Below, piece after piece: positions 40,496 through 49,516 of a stretch of DNA of 64,000 bases. Each line of letters starts with the position of its first letter. Within the stretch, counting starts at the first letter, position 1. Made by a program: the position numbers and the translations under genes. The notes under the pieces were generated by a model. That model was not told the origin of the DNA and ran no database searches. It saw only the letters and a list, made by a program, of their open reading frames with translations. This DNA comes from Terriglobia bacterium (GTDB lineage Bacteria; Acidobacteriota; Terriglobia; Versatilivoradales; Versatilivoraceae). Location of the stretch: positions 5,063,879 to 5,127,878 of the forward strand of contig OZ244053.1 in assembly GCA_965215235.1 (NCBI GenBank), read 5' to 3'.

Positions 40496-41434
40496 TCAGT
40501 CAAGCTGGTCCAAGAGTTCTTCTATTGGCTCATCTCCGGGCCAAGCGCCCCACAGTTCCATGAAATTGGCGGATCGAGCATGCTTTTTCCAAGCTGTTAA
40601 ACCTCGCGACTCTGGAACCTCCACCGATGGCATCTCGTCCCAAACGTCATCTCCATGACGACGGCTGCCAATCCGTCGGGCTTCGATAAATCGCGGCTGG
40701 CCGTTGACCTTGAAATGCACCATGCCTTCGACAGTAGCTTGCTTCCCCCACAAAGGACGCAAAGTCTCCACGTTCAACGCCATGGTATCCAGTCGGCCCA
40801 GAAGTTGCGAACCCTGACTTACCAGGAGGCGAAAGCGGCCGCCGCCATGTTTGATCTCGTCGAGCCGGCCGCTCACGATGAAAGCTCTTGGAACCAGAAT
40901 GTCGTTCAACCGCTGGCTGACGTGCGCGCAGACGCTGTCGTCCAATGTAAACCCCTCATGCGCGCCGTCCCGAGGGAGCAAGTCATAGCGCACGCCGGCG
41001 ACCCCGGCGGCTTTCCTGAACTTGAGTATCGCTTCGAGAACTGAACCGTCGAAGTAGTCGCCTGCGGGATCTCTGGTCTGAACCTCTTTGACCGCCCGGG
41101 CGGCAAGATCAAGCACCGTGTCATCCGGGCTTGGCCCCTCGCGCCCGAAATCCCGTTGGGCGAATTCTGCGTAGGGGGTCTCGCCAAGCCGAGGGGCCTC
41201 TATGTCGAGAACCGTCGAGCCGGATTCCAACCCGGTTATCGTGAAATCGACGGTTGCATCGAGCCACCTGGGTTTTTTCCCTTTCCCGCTGCCTTCACCG
41301 GTGGCAAGCAAGCGGGTGGTCCGCTCCGCCGTCTGGATGAGGGCGTCCAGAACACGCCGGAGACTCGCCGCCCTGATCTGCCCTTCCTTTTCCTGGAGGC
41401 CGTTGAGGCAAAACTGATAGCGTTGTGTGTTCAT
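40496..41434 (-). CDS. Hypothetical protein, probable large antitoxin partner of the downstream PIN
   Basis: 312 aa; beta-rich C-terminal half (VSGRLDEI...RFRL...WGKQATVEG) and acidic tail LWGAWPGDEPIEELLDQLD; ends 11 bp before the vapC start. Confidence 0.7.
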   Translation of the reverse strand: MNTQRYQFCLNGLQEKEGQIRAASLRRVLDALIQTAERTTRLLATGEGSGKGKKPRWLDATVDFTITGLESGSTVLDIEAPRLGETPYAEFAQRDFGREGPSPDDTVLDLAARAVKEVQTRDPAGDYFDGSVLEAILKFRKAAGVAGVRYDLLPRDGAHEGFTLDDSVCAHVSQRLNDILVPRAFIVSGRLDEIKHGGGRFRLLVSQGSQLLGRLDTMALNVETLRPLWGKQATVEGMVHFKVNGQPRFIEARRIGSRRHGDDVWDEMPSVEVPESRGLTAWKKHARSANFMELWGAWPGDEPIEELLDQLD

Positions 41435-41528
41435 GGCCTTCCCCACTTTTTTTGGGTTGCCGGTCGACACGGATCCGTTGCTTCTCAGGTGATCTGTCCG
41501 GTCACGAAATCCGCTTTGGGGTATCCTG

Positions 41529-41882
41529 TCACTCTCGCACCCGGATTTGCGATTCTTCCACGATCCAAAGCCACCTGTCGAGCGGCGCGCCGGACAGCGA
41601 CCGGAGAAACCGTGCCCCGATGTTCAGAACATGGTCCCGCGCCTGGCTTCCAAGTCGAAACACGACAATCCCCGAATAAACGCCGGGGGGATAGGTTCGG
41701 ATATCCGAGAAGTCCGTATCTAACGTGACCATCGCACGGCCTTCGCGAACGCACGCCAACGCGAGAGCGGAATCCGTCGCTCCGCCGAGATCCTGGTCGA
41801 GAACCGTCACAGCGTCATGTCCGGCCTGATGGAACAGATTCGCCAGTTCAGACGGAAGATTCTCGTCCAGCTTGAATCGCAT
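41529..41882 (-). CDS. DUF5615 PIN-like toxin
   Basis: MRFKLDENLP, GHDAVTV, GATD, VTLDTDF. Confidence 0.88.
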   Translation of the reverse strand: MRFKLDENLPSELANLFHQAGHDAVTVLDQDLGGATDSALALACVREGRAMVTLDTDFSDIRTYPPGVYSGIVVFRLGSQARDHVLNIGARFLRSLSGAPLDRWLWIVEESQIRVRE

Positions 41883-41887
41883 GCCCA

Positions 41888-42116
41888 CTACTCCGACAAC
41901 GGCGCCACCCGTTCTTTCGCCAGTTCCGCGGCGTAGCACACGGCGGCCCTGGATGGCTTCACGGGTGATCGACGGGTAGCTTCTCAGGATTTCCTCTGAA
42001 TCCAGACCGGTCGCCAGGTTGTCGAGGACCGTGGTCACCAGCACTCGGGTACCTGTGATGCAGGCTTTTCCGTGGCAGATTTCGGGATCGACCGTAATAT
42101 GCTCTTGCCAATTCAT
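41888..42116 (-). CDS. DUF433 antitoxin, apparent +1 frameshift at 41945-41949
   Basis: ITVDPEICHGKACITGTRVLV..VLDNLA.G...EEILRSYP.IT; removing one base gives IQAAVCYAAELAKERVAPLSE-stop. Confidence 0.88.
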
Positions 42117-42249
42117 GAGTTCTCACCTCTTATTCTTACGACTATGGCGCAGGCGAAACACCTGCCGATCCGGACGACGACTCGGGGCGTCATGGCGACA
42201 TCCCCGCCAGCTTCCACTCCAGCCACCAGATGGCGACTTGATCATACGG

Positions 42250-42421
42250 GAACCCATTGGCGTGCTTGACGACCGCAGAAAGGCAGACGGCCAACGCTTC
42301 GAGTTACGCTGGTCCTACCGCCCCCGTTGGTGCCGATGCTGAGACTGAAGTCGGGCTGGAAGCAAAACTCGGCCGCCGTGATAACTCGGACGTTCGCGAA
42401 CTTGAGACGAGTTACCTTCAT
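42250..42421 (-). pseudogene. Remnant of an ABC/SMC-type ATPase N-terminus
   Basis: ATG overlaps the hsdS stop (ATGA): MKVTRLKFANVRVITAAEFCFQPDFSLSIGTNGGGRTSV, frameshift, then LEALAVCLSAVV; degenerate Walker A. Confidence 0.7.
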
Positions 42422-43686
42422 GCGTTCCTCCCGACATCGATTTGTCCGGTCACCGCCGCGGCGATGAGAGCAGCGCGACGTTCTTTGAGGAGGGCGATGG
42501 TACTCTCTGCTGCGGCCCGCAGATGATCCAGACTCCGACCTTCGATCTCCAAGAATGCGGCGATCTCTTCCTGCTCTGTAAGTGGCGGCAATGCGATTGG
42601 AAGGTAGCCGTAGCGATTCGGGTTAAGGTTGGCCTGCCCAATCGCAGGCAGCGCCTCGGCGCGTCCCCAAGCCAGCGAGAATGCCGAATTCAGTAGCCAT
42701 TTCAAGAATACAGGTAGAGCCGCTGGGCCACATCGAAATCGAACCAGATAGGAGGCAAACGATACGGGATAGTCAGGAGAACCCCGGAACAGTGCGACCT
42801 TTCCGATCTGATCAAGACTATTAGTGCGGTTAAAGACGAGATCGCCAATTTGGAGAAGAAGAGCATCGTCAACCTCGTCCACAAATCCAACCCTAGAATA
42901 GTCGAGTTTCCCTTCCTGAATGTCACCCATACGGAGCACAGCGATGGTACCCGATGCGTCAACGGAGGTAGAAATTCCGTAATCGACATTAGCTAGCACA
43001 CGCTTGAGATGACACTGAATCCAATGCGCCGGGATCTTGTCCACACCGCGAATGCCGGAGTCGCGGAGAGGGGTTCCGGGGTCGAGGCCGCGGGTGACGG
43101 CGCGGGTGATGATCGCCCGGCGCTTCTCGGCCAGCAGCCCTAGCAGCCGCTCTTTCGCCGCCACCAGCGCATCCAGCCGCGCCGTTTCCCTGTTAAGGTA
43201 GTCGGCAATGGCTCGTTGCCAGGGCAGCGGATGTACCTGAACCGGAATGTCTGCGAGCTCCGAGGCATTGATCGCCGGGTAGCTGACGCCAACAGAACGC
43301 TTCTCCACTTCTGCCAGGAAAGTCGGCTCCCGCAGTGCAAACCTGCAGTAATTGGCATCAAATTTGTCGCGAATTGGGCGGATCACTGCAAAACCGGTTG
43401 AAACGATCAGGTTGTCGGGAGGGTCATGAATCTGCGTGATTGCTTGAAGATACGTCCTCACCGTTGAAATGATTACGTCACCGTCTCGGACCCGTCGGCG
43501 TGCGCGACTTGGTGAGTCCTCAAAGCGGTATGAAGCGATCTCGTCCATACGCCCAGAAGAGTCGACGTTACCGATGTCGACGTACTGAATTTCGAAGTCT
43601 GCATTGGTATCCTCACTAAGAGCTTCATCGTTGATCGTGGATAGATACTTGAGCGGGAGTTGTGAAGCCCTTGCTGTCGCGCTCAC
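42418..43686 (-). CDS. hsdS: Type I R-M specificity subunit
   Basis: Two TRDs; conserved QRAIADYL..ETARLD...EKRRAIITRAVTRGLDP and PPLTEQEEIA...ERRAALIAAAVTGQI. Confidence 0.95.
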   Translation of the reverse strand: MSATARASQLPLKYLSTINDEALSEDTNADFEIQYVDIGNVDSSGRMDEIASYRFEDSPSRARRRVRDGDVIISTVRTYLQAITQIHDPPDNLIVSTGFAVIRPIRDKFDANYCRFALREPTFLAEVEKRSVGVSYPAINASELADIPVQVHPLPWQRAIADYLNRETARLDALVAAKERLLGLLAEKRRAIITRAVTRGLDPGTPLRDSGIRGVDKIPAHWIQCHLKRVLANVDYGISTSVDASGTIAVLRMGDIQEGKLDYSRVGFVDEVDDALLLQIGDLVFNRTNSLDQIGKVALFRGSPDYPVSFASYLVRFRCGPAALPVFLKWLLNSAFSLAWGRAEALPAIGQANLNPNRYGYLPIALPPLTEQEEIAAFLEIEGRSLDHLRAAAESTIALLKERRAALIAAAVTGQIDVGRNA

Positions 43687-45671
43687 GTCGTCACCTCCCG
43701 CAGCAACCGCACGATTTCTGCCTCCGCCTTCTTCAGGTCCGCGTCGATCTCCTCCAGCGGGCGCGGCGGGGTGTAGTGGTAGAAGTGGCGGTTGAAGTTG
43801 ATCTCGTAGCCCACCTTGTCCCTGGCGCGGTCCATCCAGGCGTCGGGGACGTGGGGGCGCACCTCTCGCTCGAAGTAGGCGTCGATGTCCTGGGCGAGTG
43901 GGACGTTCTCGAAGTCGCGCAACTCGGGGTCGGGTTCGTAACCCTTCTCACGGCCATCCCTCTCAACCGGCTCGGCCTCCGGGTCCTTGACGGTGAACAC
44001 GTGACGGAAGAGCTTTTGTTCCGTCTTCTTCCAGCGCGACTTGCGTTCGTGCAGCAGGTCGGCGATGCGCTGCCATACGGCGTTCCAGTCGCCCATCGGC
44101 TTGCGGCCGAGCGCCTGGTCGATGGCCTGAATGTCGTCGAGGAGCCAGGGGCAGGCGTCCAGAAAACGGGCCTTGTCGTCGATTGTCATCCGGTAGCGCA
44201 GACGCAGGGGCCGCTCGACGGTGACGCGGGTGTAGCCGAAGTCGGTGTTCCTGAAGCGCTTCGAGCGCTCGCCGTCCTCGAACCGCCCGTAGAGCCGCAC
44301 GATGTCGTCGATCTGGCTACCGCTCAGGTGACGGCGCTTGTCGCCGAGGCTGCGCCGGCTCTCCGCGCTGCCGCCGGGGGTCCAGAGGCTGCGCGCGTCG
44401 AGAAGCTGGATTCTGCCCTTGCGCCGTTGCTCCTTGCGGTTGGTGACGATCCAGACATAGGTGCCGATGCCGGTGTTGTAGAACATTTGCTCGGGCAGGG
44501 CGATGATGGCTTCGAGTCGGTCGTTCTCGATGATCCAGCGGCGGATGTTGCTCTCCCCCGAGCCGGCGCCGCCGGTGAACAGCGGCGAGCCGGAGAAGAC
44601 GATGGCGAGCCGCGAGCCGTGCTGGCGCTCCGTCTCGCGCACCGGCTCGAACTTGTGGATCATGTGCTGCAGAAACAGCAGCGAGCCGTCGTTCACCCGG
44701 GGCAGTCCCGCCCCGAAGCGGCCGGCGAGGCCCTGCTTTTCGTGCTGGCGCCGGATCTCGTTTTTTTGCTTCTTCCAGTCGACGCCGAAGGGCGGGTTGG
44801 TGAGGAAGTAATCGAAGGTTCTGCCCTCGAACCGATCCTCGATGAGGCTGTCGCCGAAGCGCACGTTGTCGCCGGCGCCGTTGTGATCCACCTGCTTCAT
44901 GAGCATATCGGAGGCGGCGGTGGCATAGGCGCGCTTGTTGTAGTCCTGCCCGTAGACGAAGAGCCGCGCTTCGGCGTGGTGGTCGCGAAGGTAGTTCTGG
45001 GCCTCGGCCAACATGCCGCCGGTGCCGCAGGCCGGGTCGAGGAGCGTGCGCACCGTGCCGGGCGTTGCGAGCAATTCGTCGTCGTTGATGAACAGGACGT
45101 TCACCATGAGCCGGATGACCTCGCGCGGGGTAAAGTGGTCGCCGGCGGTTTCGTTGGCGAGTTCGTTGAAGCGGCGGATGAGGTTCTCGAAGATGAGCCC
45201 CATCTGCTCGTTGGGCACCGTGTCGGGGTGCAGGTCCACGTCGGCGAACCTGGAGACGACCAGGTAGAGGATGTTCGCCTCGCTCATCTTCTCGATCTCG
45301 GTCTCGAACTCGAGGTACTCGAAGATGCGGCGCACGTTGGCCGAGAAGCCCTGAATGTAGCTCACCAGATGCGGGGCAACATTGTCGGGGTCGCCCTTGA
45401 GCTTCTTGAAGTCGAGTGGCGAATGGTTATGGAAGCGCTGGCCGGCGGTCTGGTCGAGCACGCGGTCGAGGGCCTTGCCCTCGAGCTTGCCCCGCTTGCG
45501 CCTCTCATACTCCGCCAGGACCTTGGCCTTGGTGGGGGCGAGCACGCAGTCGAAGCGGCGCAGAACCGTCATGGGCAGCATGACGCGCTCGTATTGCGGC
45601 GGGCGGTAAGGGCCGCGCAGCAGGTCGGCGATCTGCCAGATCAGGTTGGCGAAATAGCTGTGGTCGGACAT
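43683..45671 (-). CDS. hsdM: Type I R-M m6A methyltransferase subunit
   Basis: IWQIADLLRG, GDHFTPREVI, DPACGTGGM, NPPF, FYNTGIGTY. Confidence 0.97.
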   Translation of the reverse strand: MSDHSYFANLIWQIADLLRGPYRPPQYERVMLPMTVLRRFDCVLAPTKAKVLAEYERRKRGKLEGKALDRVLDQTAGQRFHNHSPLDFKKLKGDPDNVAPHLVSYIQGFSANVRRIFEYLEFETEIEKMSEANILYLVVSRFADVDLHPDTVPNEQMGLIFENLIRRFNELANETAGDHFTPREVIRLMVNVLFINDDELLATPGTVRTLLDPACGTGGMLAEAQNYLRDHHAEARLFVYGQDYNKRAYATAASDMLMKQVDHNGAGDNVRFGDSLIEDRFEGRTFDYFLTNPPFGVDWKKQKNEIRRQHEKQGLAGRFGAGLPRVNDGSLLFLQHMIHKFEPVRETERQHGSRLAIVFSGSPLFTGGAGSGESNIRRWIIENDRLEAIIALPEQMFYNTGIGTYVWIVTNRKEQRRKGRIQLLDARSLWTPGGSAESRRSLGDKRRHLSGSQIDDIVRLYGRFEDGERSKRFRNTDFGYTRVTVERPLRLRYRMTIDDKARFLDACPWLLDDIQAIDQALGRKPMGDWNAVWQRIADLLHERKSRWKKTEQKLFRHVFTVKDPEAEPVERDGREKGYEPDPELRDFENVPLAQDIDAYFEREVRPHVPDAWMDRARDKVGYEINFNRHFYHYTPPRPLEEIDADLKKAEAEIVRLLREVTT

Positions 45672-45678
45672 CCTCGTC

Positions 45679-45842
45679 CTCCGCGCAACTCGGCGCTTTC
45701 CTGACGCGAACCCGATGGGTCTCGGCTACTGAACCTCGGAGCTGCAAATGGCGAATGGCCCACGGTTTGCCCGACAGGTTCAAGTGAAACATGCTTCATC
45801 CTAGTGGAATCAGCCTGTTCGCACCAGTGGGAAACAGGGTGA
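45679..45842 (-). repeat. Leader repeat copy A (immediately upstream of hsdM)
   Basis: Near-identical to 47428-47586; on the minus strand carries a TAGGAT -10-like box and ends in GGAG. Confidence 0.9.
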
Positions 45843-46002
45843 AGCATGACGAATTTTCGGGAAGCTCGACACGAATAGTGGATGGGGTTCTGTTCCTCCT
45901 GTAAAAACCTCATTGCAAACGTATCTAAACGGTTGAAAGTGGTGCGACCTACTACCAATGTCAACTGGCGTATCCTCCGACGCATCCGATCGGTTTTGTC
46001 AT

Positions 46003-46383
46003 TCAACGTTCGCTTTCCAGTGGAACAACTTTAGCCGGCCCCGTTTGGCCGAGACCGTGCCCATCAGGATATGGACCTGGGCGCCTTCCGAGTACGATTC
46101 GGGCAGGATATGGGCCAAGAAGCCCTCGTTCGGTTTGATTTCAAGGGGCAACTCGACGCGGAGCCAGGAAGAGGATCAATTCGTCATTGGCTACCGAGGC
46201 TCGGTAGGCGATGAGTCTGAAATGACGCCCCAGGGGTTTCTTGAGTAAGACAGTTCGAAGAAACTGAAAATCTGTCAGATTCTGTGTTTTCTCAATCGAT
46301 TTCTGTAGTCCTGCAACTAACGAGACCTGATTGTAATTTTGCGCATCATGCTCGCAAGCGTCAGTTACGTACACATAGATGGC
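46003..46383 (-). pseudogene. Two fused gene remnants
   Basis: N-terminal fragment MAIYVYVTDAC...FRLIAYR...LILFL switches near 46165 to an out-of-frame C-terminal fragment WLRVELPLEIKPNEGF...FHWKANVE-stop. Confidence 0.45.
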
Positions 46384-46537
46384 CACGGCGTGTCTCCTTT
46401 CAGTGCTGCTCTACTGAAATCATATTTTCCATCCGACAACACGAACGTAATGGAGGCAGAACCAGCCCTTCTTCCAGCCGGGCGTATCCGACGCCGGCGT
46501 TCGGGCGTGGTTTGGATGGCATGCGTGCTGGTATCGG

Positions 46538-46882
46538 CTAAATCCCTTCCCCAAGGATTGCTTCCAGTTGACCAATCAATGGCGGCAGTTCATTTGCTAT
46601 CGTGTCCCACAATCTGTTTAGATCAACGATGTCGTAGCCATGAACCAGCCGGTTGCGCATTCCAATCATCTGGGGCCAGGGAATTTCCGGGTGACGCTGC
46701 TGTGTTGTTTCAGAGACGCGGTTGGCTGCCTCGCCAACAATTTCCACCAGCCGCGTCAGTGCCAATTGCATGACCCGGTCGCTTTTCACTTCCTCCCGGC
46801 TTGCCTCACCCAATAAATCGACGGCTTCCCTTGCGTGAATAAGCATATCGGCGAGGCTTACCCGGTCGTCATGTCTGCTCAT
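46538..46882 (-). CDS. hepT: HEPN (DUF86) ribonuclease toxin
   Basis: EIVGEAA, PEIPW..MIGMRNRLVHGY (RX4H motif followed by GY). Confidence 0.92.
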   Translation of the reverse strand: MSRHDDRVSLADMLIHAREAVDLLGEASREEVKSDRVMQLALTRLVEIVGEAANRVSETTQQRHPEIPWPQMIGMRNRLVHGYDIVDLNRLWDTIANELPPLIGQLEAILGEGI

Positions 46883-47183
46883 ACAGGGCCTCCGCCGAAT
46901 TGAGTATCTCGTCCCGGAGCAAGCGGTTGGGGCTACTCTCAACACCCTTGAAGGTGTGCAGATCCGCCTTCCGCCCCAGGATTTCGCCCAACCCAATCTC
47001 CAATCCCGCCAGACCAATGTAGCCAATGCGGACGCTCGGTTCAAACTCCACCAAAACGTCCACGTCGCTCTCGGGCGCGAAATCGTCCCGCAGCACCGAT
47101 CCAAACAGCGCCATGCGCCGGATATGGTTGCGTCGACAAAATTCGGCAATCGCGTCTCTCGGAATCTCGATTTTCAGACTCAT
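46869..47183 (-). CDS. mntA: Minimal nucleotidyltransferase antitoxin
   Basis: LFGSVLRDDF.PESDVDVLVEF (GSX10DXD). Confidence 0.92.
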   Translation of the reverse strand: MSLKIEIPRDAIAEFCRRNHIRRMALFGSVLRDDFAPESDVDVLVEFEPSVRIGYIGLAGLEIGLGEILGRKADLHTFKGVESSPNRLLRDEILNSAEALYEQT

Positions 47184-47345
47184 GCCTCCACCCCCGTGAA
47201 CATCCGGGCCTTGAACACGGCCTCCAGGCCCCTGGCGTTTGGGATGAACGAATCGCCGTTGACGAAGACCTCGTCCGCGCCCTCCGCCAGTTTTCGTTCG
47301 GCCACGAACTTCTTGTCCTGATCCAGGTTCGCCTTTTGCCGGTTG
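47180..47345 (-). pseudogene. C-terminal remnant, probably of a type III-like DNA methyltransferase
   Basis: KANLDQDKKFVAERKLAEGADEVFVNGDSFIPNARGLEAVFKARMF; recalled resemblance to Mod C-termini, unverified; stop overlaps the mntA start. Confidence 0.45.
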
Positions 47346-47427
47346 GCTTGGAGACTGAGCCCGACCATGCCGCCGCGATACCATCCTGTCGATAGAAGTC
47401 GGCGGCAGGTATTTTACTATCCATGCA

Positions 47428-47586
47428 CTCCGCGCAACTCGGCGCTTTCCTGACGCGAACCCGATGGGCCGCGGCTGCTGAACCTCGGAGCGGCAAATGG
47501 CGAATGGCTCACGGCTGACAGGTTCGGGTGAAACATGCTTCATCCTAGTGGAATCAGCCTGTTCGCACCAGCGGGAAACAAGGTGA
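47428..47586 (-). repeat. Leader repeat copy B
   Basis: Near-identical to 45679-45842; followed by ATG 47424. Confidence 0.9.
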
Positions 47587-47667
47587 GCTTCGCCGCCAAA
47601 CATTCATTTTTCACACCTTCGGGTTCAGGGTCCTTTCGGCTCTGCGCGGGTTTGACCGGACTTTGGA

Positions 47668-49221
47668 TCATCTCTCCGGGCGGGTCCACAACGTCAGGCC
47701 TTGCAGCTTGCGCTCGGAGGGTTTGGGGGTCGCCAGGCTGATCAGGTAGCCCGGAATCACCGTGCCTGCGAAGCTGATGAAGGGCAGCCAGAACTTGGAG
47801 ATCTGCCTGACCTGTCCGTTCGGGTCCAGGCCGGCGGCAAGAGAGGCGTTGCCGCCAAACTCCCCCAGTGTAAAGTACCACTGCCCATCGATCTGGAACA
47901 GACAGAATTTTGCCAGGAGCACCAGGCCGTAGCCAACCAGCGCCCCCAGGCAGGTCCCCCAAGCCGTTGCCCGACGGCTGCCGGTTCCCAGGATGAACAT
48001 TCCGACGGCGCAGCCGAAGAAGGGAGCCACCACCGAAGCCATGGTGCCCACGATGGTGTCATGGCCGGCCAGGAACCGGGCCAGGACCGCGATGACAATG
48101 GCCCAGAGCAGGGTTAACCCGCGGGCGAGCCGCAGGCAGTGATGGTCGGGAGCGCCGGGACGAATCAGGCGTTTGTAGTAGTCCTCGACGCACACCGTGC
48201 TGATGGTATGGGTTCCCGAATCAATACTCGACATCGCAGCGGCAAAAATGGCGGCGACGATGAGGCCGGCCAACCCTCCCTGCATTTCGTTCAGGACAAA
48301 ATGGGGAAACGCCTTGTCCGCACTCCCGATCCCCATTGCCAGATCCGGGTTCAATTGGTAGTGGGCGTACAGGGCCAGGCCCAGGCCAAAGGTCAGAAGG
48401 GTTACGGGGACCGACAGGAAGGGTTTGAACCATACCGCCCACTGGGCTTCCCGCAGCGACCTGCAGGAGAGGTAGCGTTGCATGCTGACCTGGTCGGTCA
48501 AGTTGGCAACGCCGCCCACCAGGCCGGTGGTCACTGCGATCCAGACGGTGAGGCGGGCCGTAGGATCCAGACTGAAGTCGAACATCCTCAGCTTGTCGTC
48601 CCGAACAATCACTGCCACAAGTTCGGACGGCGGGTCTTTCCATAGAATCAGGGTGATCGCTCCGACCAGGCCGAGGGTGAAAAGGAAAAACTGCAGGACG
48701 TCCGTCCAGATAATAGCCTTCATGCCGCCCACCAGGGTGTAGGCGGTGGCGACTGCCGTGGTCAAGAGGATACAGGTCGCGGGCTCAAGCCCGGTAAGCT
48801 CTTCGATGGCCAAAGACACTGCGACGACAATGGTGGCCATCCACGCTAACCGCGCCGCGATGAAGACCGCGCTGGCCAGGAGTCTGGTAGGATAGTTGAA
48901 CCGTCGTTCCAGATACTCGTAAATGGAGGTCACCTGCAGACGATAGAAGAAGTTCAGAAAGAAATAGATAACGATTGGCACCGACAGATAGCCACAGATG
49001 CTGACCACCAGGTATTGCAGATCGTAGCCGTAGGCTTCGCCGGGGCTTCCGAGGTAACTGATGGCGGACAAGAGGCTGGCCAGTTGGGAGATGCCGACCG
49101 TGACCCATCCCATGGAGCGTCCCGCCAGCAGGTAGCTTGTCGAGCTGCTCTGCTGGCGGGCGAAGCCGAGACCAATGGCCAGGACCAGGAGCGCGTAGAC
49201 GACGATCAGCCCATAGTCCAT
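47668..49221 (-). CDS. Sodium:solute symporter (SSS); start uncertain
   Basis: YLLAGRSM, SIYEYLERRF, GGMKAIIWTD, DQVSMQRY, AAAMSSIDSG. Confidence 0.9.
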   Translation of the reverse strand: MDYGLIVVYALLVLAIGLGFARQQSSSTSYLLAGRSMGWVTVGISQLASLLSAISYLGSPGEAYGYDLQYLVVSICGYLSVPIVIYFFLNFFYRLQVTSIYEYLERRFNYPTRLLASAVFIAARLAWMATIVVAVSLAIEELTGLEPATCILLTTAVATAYTLVGGMKAIIWTDVLQFFLFTLGLVGAITLILWKDPPSELVAVIVRDDKLRMFDFSLDPTARLTVWIAVTTGLVGGVANLTDQVSMQRYLSCRSLREAQWAVWFKPFLSVPVTLLTFGLGLALYAHYQLNPDLAMGIGSADKAFPHFVLNEMQGGLAGLIVAAIFAAAMSSIDSGTHTISTVCVEDYYKRLIRPGAPDHHCLRLARGLTLLWAIVIAVLARFLAGHDTIVGTMASVVAPFFGCAVGMFILGTGSRRATAWGTCLGALVGYGLVLLAKFCLFQIDGQWYFTLGEFGGNASLAAGLDPNGQVRQISKFWLPFISFAGTVIPGYLISLATPKPSERKLQGLTLWTRPER

Positions 49222-49516
49222 CCAGTGGAGTTGAATCTGGGCGAGGCCAATCAAAGGGGAGGTATCCTCGAGTGATGGTCCTTGGGTTCTGCGAGCCAGC
49301 CGGCGCCATCCTGCCGTTGAGAAGGGAACCTGAGACCAGAATTGTACACCCTGTCTCAAGGATTCAATCACTGAACCTGAGAGTATGGGTTGCCATAAGC
49401 CCGTAACCGCTTCAAAGAGGTTGGGCTGAATGGAAGCGGCTTGACGATTGGCAGTCGGTGCGATAACTTCGGTCGAATTTTTTTGTAAGCCAAGAGTCGA
49501 TTTGGAGGTCCTCAAG

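Noticed and set aside
41529-42116. 195-aa DUF433-DUF5615 fusion ORF
   Set aside because: Produced by one extra base at GGCC; the joining segment is out-of-frame nonsense, and correction yields two normal genes
43662-45704. 680-aa plus-strand ORF and similar long antisense ORFs (e.g. 11016-12386, 14223-15629, 51161-52390, 62155-63426)
   Set aside because: Shadows of well-supported genes in GC-rich DNA; no recognisable motifs
45679-47586. Leader repeats as a CRISPR array or integron attC sites
   Set aside because: Only two long copies, no spacer periodicity, no attC R-box dyad, and no cas or integrase genes
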